Shown piece by piece: positions 1 to 12,300 of a stretch of 64,000 nucleotides of DNA; the stretch's first letter is position 1; each line of letters opens with the position of its first letter. Where the stretch lies: NCBI GenBank assembly GCA_050084985.1, contig JBITNC010000001.1, forward strand, positions 190,836,001 to 190,900,000, read 5' to 3'. Made by a program: the position numbers and the translations under genes. Below the pieces are notes generated by a model. That model had not been told where the DNA came from and did not search any database. It saw only the letters and a list, made by a program, of their open reading frames with translations. Source of the stretch: Nageia nagi. Taxonomy: Eukaryota > Plantae > Pinophyta.

Positions 1-81
1 TCTCACCTACATGCTGGGTCGCTTTCCCGTCCTGATCGTATAGGCGATTGCTGATTAAGAGGAAAGGTTTCCTTCCCAACA
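1..81 (+). mobile_element. 3' terminus of a probable further copy of the TGTTG...CAACA giant-LTR family, inserted in element A
   Basis: Ends GAGGAAAGGTTTCCTTCCCAACA (81), like the family 3' ends GGAAAGAAAA..CCCAACA. The minus-strand reading of element A runs up to this point. The other end is outside the window. Confidence 0.5.
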
Positions 82-2740
82 CAACCCTCCAAAAATTAGC
101 AAGTGTATGATACTCATTTCTGAAATAAAAATCAGCATGCAGTGGCTCAAAATCAATTTTCAAGACTTCCCAATCAATGTACAAACATGTGTCGATAGTT
201 GGCAAAAAGGTTGCCAACGTTGGGTCTCCACAATTACACTCAAATGGTGCAATAATTGCCAACCAAAAGGTCTCTAACTATGTACTAATGGCAGCCAACA
301 AATCAGGACCTGAAATATCAACAATAATCCAAGTAAAGCCTCTTATCATCACCAAATAGTCATCAATGATTGTAGCCATTAAGACAGGGACAACAGTCAT
401 CAAATTATCATCAAATAATGCATCAACAATGTGTGTAAAGACAACAAATATTTCCTGATCATAGGCAGCCCCTATCAAATGAAGAGCATTCCTTATATCA
501 TCTTTAACATTCCTTCTTGCATCAACAATAAGTACAGCTTTTACTGAGGGTGTATCAGTCCCAAAGACACGAGTAAAGAGTACAACATCAGTCTCATTTT
601 TATCAGCAATTAATGCAGCCCATAGTGTTGCCACATCAGTCCCAACTAACGTCACAAACATTGCCTCAAAAGTCAAGGATTCAACCTCAAAATTCAATGA
701 ACATGCTGGCCAAAAACTCCTAGCAAACACATTTGCAGTCCTCTTTCCCTTGAAAAGTTTAGTCCTTGCTGTCCTCTCGTGCTGTCCTCTCGTGCTGTCC
801 AAACAGCCAAGAATGTAGCCTTGTCAGTCATGAAGAATGCAGTCCAAAATGTTGACAACAATAGCAACATGTCAGTCCTAACTGTCGCCACGATCATTGT
901 CTCCGAAGGGAAGGATTTGGTCCCCAAAATTGCCAAACATTCAGTCGATGTTAAGCACAAAATGAAAGCAATTTCACTGATCTTCAAAACACCATTAATT
1001 GGGAGGTTGGGATTGGCAAAGTTCTCACAAAAATCATGGAGTGTAAAGCTCCAAATAGGGATGTTGGGGCAGCAGATGTACAGCTGAACGTTGGGGTTGA
1101 AACCTTGAGGATCATAAGTGGACAAAGTGTCCCAAACAGTCTTCCATCTTCCCCTATCAAATGCTACTCTTAAGATGTACCAACTCAGCGCAAGGAAAGT
1201 TGTAATCAGATCTGAATTTTCCCTTCTAAATCAGCCCATACCAAGCACAAAGATGAAGAGTAAAACTTTCTATTAGTGCATAATTTGTCCTTATATATTG
1301 CAGCCTTTTGGTGCAGCAAAGTAAATTCTGAAATGACATGATTCCTTACCCCAAACAGTGATGAATTTTCAGGAACACTATGGCCACAAAAATCAACAAG
1401 TGTATTTTCCTTTTTCTTTATGTCTTGGCTGCAAGTAAATGTGTCATGAGAAAATTTGATGCCCTTCTCATGTTCAAATCCTTCAGGAGAAGCTATGGAT
1501 TCTTGCAAACACACAAACAACCAAAGTGAGCTAAAACAAGTGAGGCCATTGCCCCATGTCATGTGCCAAGGATCCAAGTGGTTCCAACGACCACCAAGAC
1601 TTTCATTATCGGTTGAAACTATTCTTCCTTTCTCCTCTAAAACTGATTTGAAAACCTTCATGCTTTCATTTTCATTCCCCATGATCACCTCCAACCTTCT
1701 TAATCTCTCATTGTGTGCAAACACATTCGGATCCCATGGAGCTAGGAGACTATTGCAATTCACATGAAGAATTGATCTTTTCAACACATCACACTTTGAA
1801 ACCCAAGGCATGAAACTAGTATGTGCATACTCACAAGGTGATTGAAAAGTTTCAACATTCACATCTACATCAAGCTTCTTGTTCTTCACTACGTTCTCAA
1901 CAAATGGAGGTGATTGCATTTTGAAGGAAATACCTTGTAGTTCTACTTGACATACCTCATGTAGTGATACAATAATTTCTGATTTTCCTCCATTTTTGCA
2001 TACCTCAATTTGTAATGGAACTGCAATTGCTGATTGTAATTCTCCTTCTTTGCAGCCCTTATCTTCTTCCATGCTATGCTCATGCTTTTCACCTTTCTCA
2101 TTGCTATCTACTAAAACCAAATCTGAAACAACAATGGCTCTATCCTCTTTCTTTCCAATATTAGTACTGTCAAAAACACCATGCAAAATTTTTGAATTAC
2201 TATCATAAAAATCAAAAATAATTTCATACCTTTTGTGGCTGATCCAAGTCTCATCATTATGCAATTGATGCTCTATGTTTTGAATCCGAAACTCCACCTT
2301 CTTCTTCAGATCCAAAGGTGCAACCTCCCCCTTGATGCACAAGGCAAGTTTGGGTCTAGCCGTTGGGGGATTTTTGGCCTCCTCCACCTCAATGTCATAT
2401 TTTGCTTTCTCCCACTGAACGATTCCATACCCCAAAAAATCTTGGTATAGCTAAAAATTGATGTCTCTCTGGAACTCTTTGGAGGTTCCTTGGTATATCT
2501 GGAGCAACACTTCAATTCTTGGTGGTGTTTTATGTGGTGGAGCAGATCTAGATTCCAGATCTCTCCTCTCTTCTACCTTATCCTTTTTCCATGCCTTTTG
2601 CCCAAATATCAAAAGAGCGTCTCCCTTTCTTCTTGAGGTATTTTTCATTCCTCAAATTGATAGAGCATTTTCTGGAACATCTTTCCAAAATCTGATTTCT
2701 TTACCTTGATTGTAGATTTGGCTGAATTTTCTCTTTCCAT
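82..2740 (-). pseudogene. Frameshifted internal ORF of element A, no recognisable RT/RH/INT, hydrophobic distal part
   Basis: ORF-track pieces 1206-2435, 694-1125 and 278-802 lie downstream of the PBS. No YxDD, zinc knuckle or DDE motif seen. Confidence 0.5.
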
Positions 2741-3056
2741 TGGTGCCAATTCTAATTCTTCATGCGAAATGCAGATTTTGTTGAACTTTCAAAAAACCCT
2801 AGCACAAAACTTGGAACTTCATATTAAATTTTTCTAACTAGCCAGGATAATAGATCAAAACTTTTTATACTTGGGAACGACCTTCAAATATGAAAATGTA
2901 TTCCCCAAACCCTAGACAACTTAGTCTAGGAATTCAGATTTTTCTGAAAAAATATCGTTTTGACCCCAAAACTAGCTTTTTAAGTGTAGAACCTTATGAT
3001 CTATCGATTCAATTTGTTTCTAGCTAGATCTTAACCACATAGGCTGGCCATATCTA

Positions 3057-3069
3057 AGCTCTGATACCA
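3057..3069 (-). promoter_or_regulatory. Primer binding site, initiator tRNA-Met
   Basis: + strand AGCTCTGATACCA = minus TGGTATCAGAGCT, adjacent to the LTR end. Confidence 0.92.
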
Positions 3070-3070
3070 C

Positions 3071-4291
3071 TGTAAGATTCCAAATACGATCTCAAGTGCA
3101 AATAGTCAAATATAAGCAAATATACACCCATGTCTGGACTAGACAATCAAAACCAAGCATAAACAAGCCCACAATTCCAACATCTCACATATACAAGCAT
3201 GAATGCATTAAAATACCCCAACGATGCAAGTATGGAGCCATACACATTAAATACAGAGACAAATACCGAGATCCAGATGCCCACGACTGTATTAATGATG
3301 AAGAATGACAAATGATACAATACAAGGCCCAAGGGCTCAACATTGGTCTCCAAGGAGCCAACTAGGGCATAACGAACATAGAAATGTGATCACTGCTGGT
3401 ACAACAGATGGGACGACCTTACTCCCTCAAGCCTGGATGCTCTGCTGCAAAACTCCCATTTAGAAACCACTGAAGGTAGAAGTGTGACCTCGGAATACAA
3501 CCGGATGGACTAAGATGCTACACCTTAGCCGTAGATTAGCAAGATCCCTCAGCCTAATAACCCTCCTGGATGTTGCACCTAGGGGAAGATTGCTTTATGC
3601 TACCCCAAGACTTGTGTCCATTGGACGTAGGAGAAATATTATCAAATCAGGTATATCCATGCAATGATGTGAATTTCCTTTATTTAACAATCCTTGGATC
3701 TCACCTAGAAATCATCACTCCAATCTCCAAGTCCAATGTTAGCCTTCTAGAGGTCCTAAAATGCCCAAAAGTGGGGTTAGATGTGTCCTAGGTATCATAC
3801 ACATGCCAATGCTGCCTAGGGATGTCAATAATTACATGATCCAATGGCTAGACATGTAATGCCTCATTATTGGAGACTAATATTGCATTTACAATTATTA
3901 ATTGCTTTGGAATCATGTATTACAACTCATACAAGTGGCCCACATAAAACATACTAAATCTACTTTTAATTACCAAGCTCACACCTAAATACAATCCATA
4001 ACTAACTCATATCTCAAGGAGTGGGACGTCACATTTCAAGGGGTCAATATGGAGATGTTTCTAGATTTCTGTGAGCGGCCGCGATATGGAAGATTGGTCC
4101 AATTGGAGAATTTCAAGAGGCCATAACTCTTTCATTTCTTGATGAAACCATGTTGTGTAACTTGTCAAAATGTTTCCCACGAGATGCCCTATCCAATGAA
4201 CAAATCAAATCAACTCTCCAAAACTTGTGGTGAATTCTATCCTCAAATCAAATTCCACAATTAAATATCTTTTACGAAAAGGGATGTTACA
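3071..4291 (-). repeat. 5' LTR of element A (1221 bp)
   Basis: TG..CA ends with TGTAA/TTACA inverted termini. Reverse-complement homolog of 6786-7932 (e.g. 3523-3592 vs 7378-7450). Confidence 0.85.
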
Positions 4292-4339
4292 TTCCTGGAA
4301 GAAGACGTTGGGAAGATAGGTGAGCAACCCGTCATTCCC

Positions 4340-5830
4340 AAATTGTCCAAACCAATGTTCGCCAGAAAATCCATCAATGAGGTAAAAAATCGGGTTCCAA
4401 GTCCTCTTGAGTTGAATCAGATTTTTAGAGTGTATTCCATGTTAGATCAAGGATTGAAGAGGGATGTGAATTTCAATGGCTATTTGGAGATCTTGGGGTT
4501 GAAGGGAGGTAGCTCTCATGGCACCCACTCCCAAAGCAACTCGTGGGGTGCCAAGAGACAGTTGTAACAGAAAATGAACAAAATGTAGGTACCAATGTAC
4601 AATGGCAAGAAGATGACGGCTAGGGGCTAGCTCCATTAGCTGCAAACATATTTCATCGTAAGTCCGAACATGTTGGAGGAGGATGCAATTCATTTTGCAT
4701 CGTTGCATTTTGAGAGAGATGCCCTCGAATGGTGGCAACATGGAGTAAGCAGTCAAAATTACTCCCACATTTCTTCTTTTGATGAATTTGCTCTAAGGTT
4801 AGTGAAGTGGTTTGACAAGAAGAGGGAGAATGACTATTTTAGATAGCTAACATCTTTGAGGCAGCAAGGTACGGTGGATAACTATGTTTCGAAATTTCGA
4901 AAAATTGCAATCATGATCCACAACATCTGTTAGGAGAGGTTGACCTTCCTATTTGTAGAAGGGTTGATGGAACCTTTGCAAGGAATAGTGAAGGTATTGG
5001 TGCCACAAACCCTTGATGATGCAATCAATGCCGCTTATGACTTGGAGCTAATAATGGTTTCCCTCAAAGGTGGGCAGACATACAAGGGGCAGGCCACCCA
5101 AAAACCGGTTGCAGAACAAGAAGAGCCTAGCAAGTTCAAACCCTTCCCCCCCTCAAACAGGCCAATTAGACACATCTACCAGAAGGAAATTGAGAGAAGG
5201 TAAATGCTTCTACTACAAAAAGACATGGGAGCCAGGAATCGTTGCCAAGGCAAAGGACATGTGCACTACATTGAAGTGCTTTCAGATGGAGAGGACGATG
5301 GTTTAGATTTGGATCTTGGTACGAACATGTTGGACCAAAAGAAGACAACTAAGGCAAAGGCATCTCTTGGGAGCATGGTTGCTTTGCTCCATGGAGTCAA
5401 GAAATATCTCATGTTGAAGGTGATTGGGCAAGCAAGTGGGCAAGACCTGATGGTCTTAATTGACTCTAGCCACTCACAATTTCATTGATGGAGACTTTGT
5501 AGAGAAGAAGGGTTTCAAAACAAGGGGGTTTGAAGGATTCAAAGTTTCCAATGCCAATGGGAAACTCATATTAGTAGGCTTAATCGTGGAGAGATTTGGG
5601 GTAAGATTACAAAGCTACACTGTGAGAGAAGATTTCTATGTGTGTCCATTGAAGGGACATCCTCACATTATCTTGGGCGTGTAATTGTTATTTGAATTGT
5701 GTGACATTCACACCAATTACAAGAAGCTCACCATGAGCTTTGACATTGATGGTAAGACCCACACTTTGCAGGGCATTCGAGATGAATGCCCATAAGTCAC
5801 CAACAAGAGATTGGAGGTGATTTGGCAACA
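4340..5830 (+). pseudogene. Degenerate gag and aspartic protease of element B
   Basis: ORF-track pieces 4343-4567, 4940-5203, 5070-5306, 5204-5488 and 5460-5684, with D-S-[G]-A-T-H-N-F-I and HIILGV motifs. Confidence 0.85.
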
Positions 5831-5882
5831 CCATGAGGGGAAGAGGAAAGAGGATGAGTCAACATTGGGCAAGGAGGCAATA

Positions 5883-6332
5883 TGGCACCCCATGTTGGAC
5901 ATGGAGGGTCCTTGGCATCATACGTTGAGCAATAAGGAGCTCTTACATCCCACGTTGGTCCTAGAGAGGCTTGGGCACCCAACGTTAGACATGGAGGAGC
6001 CTTGATATCCCACGTTGGGCCTGGAGAGGCTTAGGCACCCAACGTTGGACACAAAGGAGTCTTGGCCTCCCATGATGGGCCTATAAAGGCTTGGGCACCC
6101 AACATTGGACATGAAGGAGTCTTTTCATCCCACGTTGGGATTGGAAAGGCTTGGAAACCCAATGATGGAAATAGAAGAATCTTGGCATTCCTCGTTGGAG
6201 ATGAAGGGATCACAACACCTCATGTTGGGTCTAGAGGGAGTCTGGCACCCCATGTTGTTCATAAGGAAGAAAGGGTACCCCATGTTGGTTACAGAAGGAG
6301 TTTGGCACCCAATGTTGAGCTTGGGGAAGCCT
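5883..6332 (+). repeat. 15 x 30-bp in-register tandem array (10-aa units, partial 60-bp higher order)
   Basis: Units such as TGGCACCCCATGTTGGACATGGAGGGTCCT and GGGCACCCAACGTTAGACATGGAGGAGCCT. First unit at 5883, last at 6303 (14 x 30), no indels. Confidence 0.9.
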
Positions 6333-6785
6333 TAGCATCTACCATGGAGCAAAGGATCCAACTTTTTTCACTCATGCTTGCTTTTCTTTATGTTTTTGCA
6401 GATATATTTCTCATGAGTCTTCCACATACATGATCACTACTGCAACTAGGTGCTTAGTATGGACAAATATATCAGCATTTATGCATACAATCTTGTGTCT
6501 TCTAAACATTGTTGCACTAGAATATTTGCAGGCATTTTTGTGCTTAATGTGGTTTGCTAGAAGCAGAATAATTCTCAACAACATATCATAATTTTTGCAT
6601 GCAACGTTGAAACATAAGAAGGGAACGCCAACGTTTGATACAAGGTCTTCATTATGTGGGAGATTTATTGAAGTTGCATTCCACTTCAACGGACTACAGT
6701 TAACAAAGCAAAAGGATTCATGGAAGACAATATTTTGTGGCATTCTATAGTTGCTTGAGGGCAAGCAATACGAGAGGGGAGGCTT

Positions 6786-7932
6786 TGTAACACCCTCTCT
6801 TGCTAAAGATAATTGATTATGGGATCCTAAGGATTCCCTCTTGTAAATAGTTATTTATGTATTTCTTGTTAGTACTTGGGATAGAAATAATAATGGTCCA
6901 TTGGACCCCACTGTGAGCCACAAGGGGGACGTCTTCCTTCCAAGCATAGGCTAGCATAATTTAATGTTATTTTATGTACTTGGAGATCTTGAGAATTGAT
7001 TGTGGGAATCCCAAGGCCTTGTATGGACATGAAAATAGGATCTAGGCACATGTATGACTCTTAGAAACCCAACGCATGACATTGGGGCACTCCTAGGACC
7101 CCAATGTTGGACTTAGAGACACCTCACCACCCTTCGAGGCCCACGTCACATCTTAGAGAGTCTCTAACCCATACACATGAACATTTATGACATGTTTGAG
7201 GCATTTGAGGGCCCCTAGGAGGCTAACGTTGGATAGGGGAGGCATGGATGATTCCAAGGTGATAATCTAGATTTAGACTTGAGCTATATTAGGTGTTGGA
7301 GCATCATTGCATGGATATATTGAATTTGATATTATTTCTCCTACCGTGCAATGGACACAAGTCTTGGCGCAACATCAAGCAATCTTCCCTTAGGTGCAAC
7401 ATCTAGGAGGGTTAGCAGGCTAAGGGATCTTGCTAATGTACGGCTAAGGTGCAATATCTTAGTCTAGCCGGTGGTAGAGGTTATAGTCCTACCATTCAAT
7501 TGGTTTCTAGGATTTGGAGAGGGCTCCTTTAGTGGAGAGGGTTCAAATCTTGAGAGAGTGTAGCTGTCCCATCCATTGTTCTAGCAGTGATCATATTTGC
7601 ATATTCGTATGCTGTAGTGGGCTCCTTGGAGGCCAACGTCGAGCCCTCTTGGGCCAATTTGGTATTGTACTCATCATTATCTTGCTAATTGAAGCCATGG
7701 CATACTTGGATCTCATTCTTGTCTCATTATTTTGTGCGTTTGGTGCAATCTTGTCTCATTGTGCACGACGTTGGGCATTTGAGTGATATTCTTGCTTGTT
7801 AAGTGAATTGTTGGCATTTCTGGCTTGTTTTTGCATGTGTTTGATGCCCTAGTCCAAACTTGGGTGTAATTTTGATATTAATTGATAAGTATTTGGCTAA
7901 TTTGCACTTGAGATTATATTGGGGATTTTACA
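6786..7932 (+). repeat. 3' LTR of element B (1147 bp)
   Basis: TGTAAC...TTTACA, preceded by a PPT. Homologous, inverted, to 3071-4291. Confidence 0.88.
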
Positions 7933-8726
7933 ATGATCACCCTCACCTATAAAAGGAGATATGTTGAATATTGATTATAAGTCCGATTTTCGGATTGAGT
8001 GTGAGAACTCTTTCTTTGCCACTTGGAGGGCAACGTGCATTTGAGGTATTGAGGGGATAGGAACCTACCTTTGAACTTACGCTAGCCATCTTGAGAGGAA
8101 CGCTGTTGGTTCCATCATAGTTGCTGTAGAGGAGACCTGGTCTTGCCTAACTGGTTTTGGGATTGGTGAGGCCCTGGAACCATCCGACATAACCCTATTG
8201 GAGACAGTCTTGGTCCAAACTCCTTAGGTTGACAAAAATATTGTAATTGCTTTATTCTTGCTATATCAAATACAATTACATTCTGTTGTCGAAATATTAC
8301 CATTTGTCTCTTTGTTCTTGGACATTGGATTTGGAAGCATTATTACATTGTCGCATTGCTATTTTCTCTTACTGTTTGCAATGTTGGGTTTGGAGTGATA
8401 TTTTCATTGCTTAATATCTGTTTGGGCTCTTGAATTGGGATGTTGGGTTTGTGGAGCATTTTTGCACTGTTGAAGTATCATTTTGCTTCTTGCTCAAGTC
8501 ATCGGAATATTGGAGGAATTTGCTTGCATTAATTTCGTAATTGCTCATCATAGCTAGAGGTTGGGTTTGATGGTATTTTCTACAAGTTTAACTTCGTATC
8601 TTTCATTCCTAGCAAGTCGTTGGATATTTGGTGCATGTTTGAGCTTGTTTTGTCCAGTTTGGAGGTTGAAACCAAACGTCCCTCTCCTAGGGCACGTTTG
8701 AGGAGTGAGCCTAGAACTGCTTATCA
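7933..8726 (+). mobile_element. Remnant 3' part of an older LTR into which element B inserted
   Basis: TATAAAAGG at about 7947, T-rich U5-like tail, ends TTATCA. Boundaries uncertain. Confidence 0.35.
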
Positions 8727-9270
8727 TAGATCTGTGTGCTTACTTTGAATCATACATTTATTGCAAAAGTTGTTGACCATTTATGTTGTGTTGGGGCTGG
8801 TACTATGACCCCTAACTAGAAAGTGCAGTGGATTTTACTTGAATGGCTTTTTTCTATTACAGGTTTGTTGTTTGTCTTTATCGTGTGATGATTTGTTTGC
8901 TTCCTTTTAATCTTTCACATTTATTGCAAAGGCTTCTAAACATTTGCGTTGAACTGGTGTTGTCATCTATCACTCTATCCCCTTAACTGGAAAGCTCAGT
9001 GGCCATCCATGAATCCTGCTGGTAAACTTTCTCAAGTAGATTTTGCATCAATGTGTTGCCCGTTGTTTTCTTGTTGGCCACCATGTCTTTGTATATCTGA
9101 TGCCTACATAATATTTGTGTTCATTTTACACTTTTAAAATGAATTTGACATGTCATATACAACAATCCAGATAACAGACTCTTTTGGTTCTGCACTGTTT
9201 ACATGCATTCCGAGAATAATGAATTGCTTCTTTTCATCTCACCTTAGATTTATGGATGCAAATGTTCCAG

Positions 9271-9383
9271 ATTGCTTACCTGAACGCACTTCGTTATGGG
9301 CTCAAAAGAATTTTTTTTGGAGGTTTTTTCATACGTGGACATGCATACACAATGGACACCATCTCATTTGCAGTACATTTTTG
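9271..9383 (+). CDS. PANK2: PANK2 exon ([10 protein letters not shown]...FAVHFW)
   Basis: ccag| acceptor, TG|gtaaac donor. Contains the Pan[11 protein letters not shown] motif. Confidence 0.95.
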
Positions 9384-12300
9384 GTAAACATTTAATTGTT
9401 ATGTAGAAACTGTGTTTTGTACTTATCATATTGGTCTTTTTTGGTTTACTTTGTTCTAGATTCACTACTTTCTACTGTGTTTTCCTTTTTGGTTTCAGGT
9501 CAAAAGGTGCTGCACAGGCTATGTTTTTGCGGCACGAAGGATTTTTAGGTGCCTTAGGAGCATTTATGAGTTATGATAAACATGGTCTGTCAGATTGGAC
9601 TGCACATCAGTTTGTTGAGCGCTTTCCGATGGGAGCACCATATGCAGGTGGAAAAATTCATGGTCCACCCATTACAGATCTAAATGAAAAGGTTGTTTCA
9701 GGACGAAGTAATTTTAAGGGTGCTTTCATTAATGAAATTAAATAAAAATTTGTCAAAGTGTCTGTAATGCTTGTGAGGGTTTACAAATTTGTTATATAAG
9801 ATTTGGAATGTTTGTTTATCTAACATTCAATGTCTATGTTCCTTTGCATTGATGCCATTTCAAGATTGCTGTTTGTGTTCACGTTGAATAGTAGTGGAAT
9901 CATAGTAGTCAATCTTGGACTCGTTGAGGCTCACTCGGACTTGGCCAAACTCGGCAAAAACTCGGAAAAACAAAAAAATGATTTTTTTTTTTCACTGAAA
10001 ACAGAAGTTTTTTCAATTGCATATTATTTATTACTATTATTAGTGTCTTCTATAAGCCTACCTACTCAACAATAACATCAACATTATACAAATTTAAAAT
10101 ATTCACAATTACAAATTACGGATAGGAAGGGGCATATGTTTATATTCATCAAAATGTTAAAACTTCACACTACAGAATGTGCCTATGATGGCTGCAAACT
10201 TCATTCCTTTTGTTTTTTCCCTTTCTCATTGGAGTGAGGATTTGGTGAATTCTCATACGTGCATGGTGTTTAAACTTTGGAGCATTCTTAATGGTTTTGT
10301 GGAAATTGTTTCTTGTTGAACCTGTCACAAAATAGATCAGTCATCTTTGTGAAGACATAACTTTTTATAGAGATATTCAATTGAGGTAATTCTTTTTTCA
10401 TTGGGTAGCATTCGAAGAGACCTTTCCAACGAGTATACACATGCCTAATTAATGGTTTTTTTTTTAATGTTTTAAAGTCATTTTTCAAAATTACTTTGCT
10501 TTCACCAGACTTGCCGGACTCGGCTAGACTTGCCAAGACTTGGCTAAACTCGTCGAGACTTGGCGAATCTCGAGACTCGACGAATCTCCAGACTCGTAGT
10601 TTAAGCCCCTTGCCGGGCATAACTCGGACTCGGGACTCACGATTTTTGGCAAGTTCCGGCGAGTTTCAATACTACGAGTGGAATGCATTTATTTTTGTTT
10701 CTGAACTTCACTATTTTGGAAAGGCTCTCATGAATCTTAAACAGATTGCACTCTGAAATCAATCATCGAAAAAATTAATGATGCCTTCAAACCAAATGGA
10801 ATACATTGAATCTCTTCAAATATGTGTTAGATCTTGAATGTGCAAACCATTCATGCTTATGTTTGAAGAGCTGTTTCAATTTGTCTTGAGCATAATATGT
10901 CTGTTAAATTAATTCTTACTGTTAGTCTATCAGTGCAGATTTCTTGGATGGAGAAATTTATACAGATGGGTATAGAGATCACAGCACCTGTCCCGATGGC
11001 TTCTCCAGGTACAACAGGTCTTGGCGGATTTGAACGACCATCGTCTCGGGAAGGATTGCTACGATCTGATGCTAGTGCTGCTCTAAATGTGGGTGTGCTT
11101 CATCTTGTTCCATCATTAGAACCATTTCCGTTGTTGGAAGACCCAAAACGGTGAGCTCTATATACTTGCATTGATATGAATGAGTGAAATATTTCTTTTT
11201 TTAGTTGCTACACCATCCTCTATCTTTATATATATGCGTGTCTTTTTTATCCTTGTGTCAATCAACATTGTTTTTGTCCAGAGCAGTGTCTTTCGTGCTT
11301 CCAATTGTAAACAATCTCTGATCAAGAAATCTCAGTTTTTTAAAGCATGCTAGATATAATATCTGTTGGGTGTTTTGATGCATATCTACTATGAAAAAAA
11401 AAATCACCTCTTTAGAGTTCTTGTGATTTTTGTAAATGTGATAAGCCACATGCTAGCATAGCTCAGTAGCATGTAAAGGTAATTACTAATTTGTATTTGA
11501 ATAATTTATTCAGTACAAATTTTCTCTTGTTTCCATGATTGTGACAGACAAAGTTGTGCTTTGTTTGTTTTCATTTTTACCAAGATTTGCTTCATTAGTA
11601 TCATCAGGTATCAATCAACTACTCTTTTTGTATTACCTTCATTAGATCCCCAAACAAGAGAGCCTTCCTCCAAAAAGTGGCTCAAGAAATAAGGTTTTAG
11701 TTTGAGATTGAGCAACCTTAAAGCTTCTTCCTTTTGGGCGTTGTTACCTTTCAAAATTTTCCATTTTACACTAGATTCTTTTCTTTTTATAGAATGTTGA
11801 ACCATACACCCATACTGCATTTCCACCTCATTTCTAATTGTTGAAAGTTTTCTGTTTTTACACAAAGGATAATTGTCTATTCAAGCATCTTCCCAAAAAT
11901 ACACTTTAGTATCCCTTCCAACTTTACATCTAATACACTTTCGAAGAACTCCCCTACTCTTTATGATGTGATTCCGTAAAGATGAGCCCTTATAGGTATC
12001 TCGGCAGTTACAAGCTTTTTTGGATCATTGCTGTCCAAGTATTTAGCCTTTAAGATTCTATCCCACAGTGAATTTCCCTCTATTATAATCCTCCATCCAA
12101 TCTTTACGGCCAAAACTTTGTTTAAAGTTCATATCCTTCTTAAACACAAATCTCCACATGATTTATGTTTATTAACTTTTTCCCAAGCAACTAGTGAGAT
12201 TCTACCTTTCTATAGTTCAGACCACAAGATATTTTTTGGATAGTTTCTATTTTATATGCAATCTGCATAGGTATGTTAACACTGAGAGCCTGTAAATGGG

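Larger units (their letters stand above)
82..4291 (-). mobile_element. LTR retrotransposon A (Ty3/gypsy-related, probably non-autonomous): 5' LTR, PBS and internal region
   Basis: LTR 3071-4291 (TGTAA...TTACA) is followed on the minus strand, 1 nt later, by the PBS TGGTATCAGAGCT. Degenerate minus-strand ORFs follow. It interrupts the gag of element B. Confidence 0.85.
4292..7932 (+). mobile_element. LTR retrotransposon B (chromovirus-like, non-autonomous): gag-protease, repeat array, PPT, 3' LTR
   Basis: Gag-like frames (FVEGLMEPLQGIVK, LDDAINAA, KCFYYKKTWEPG), protease LMVLIDSS/ATHNFID, C-terminal LEGKQYERGG, purine tract GAGAGGGGAGG, then TGTAAC at 6786. No RT/RH/INT. Confidence 0.88.
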
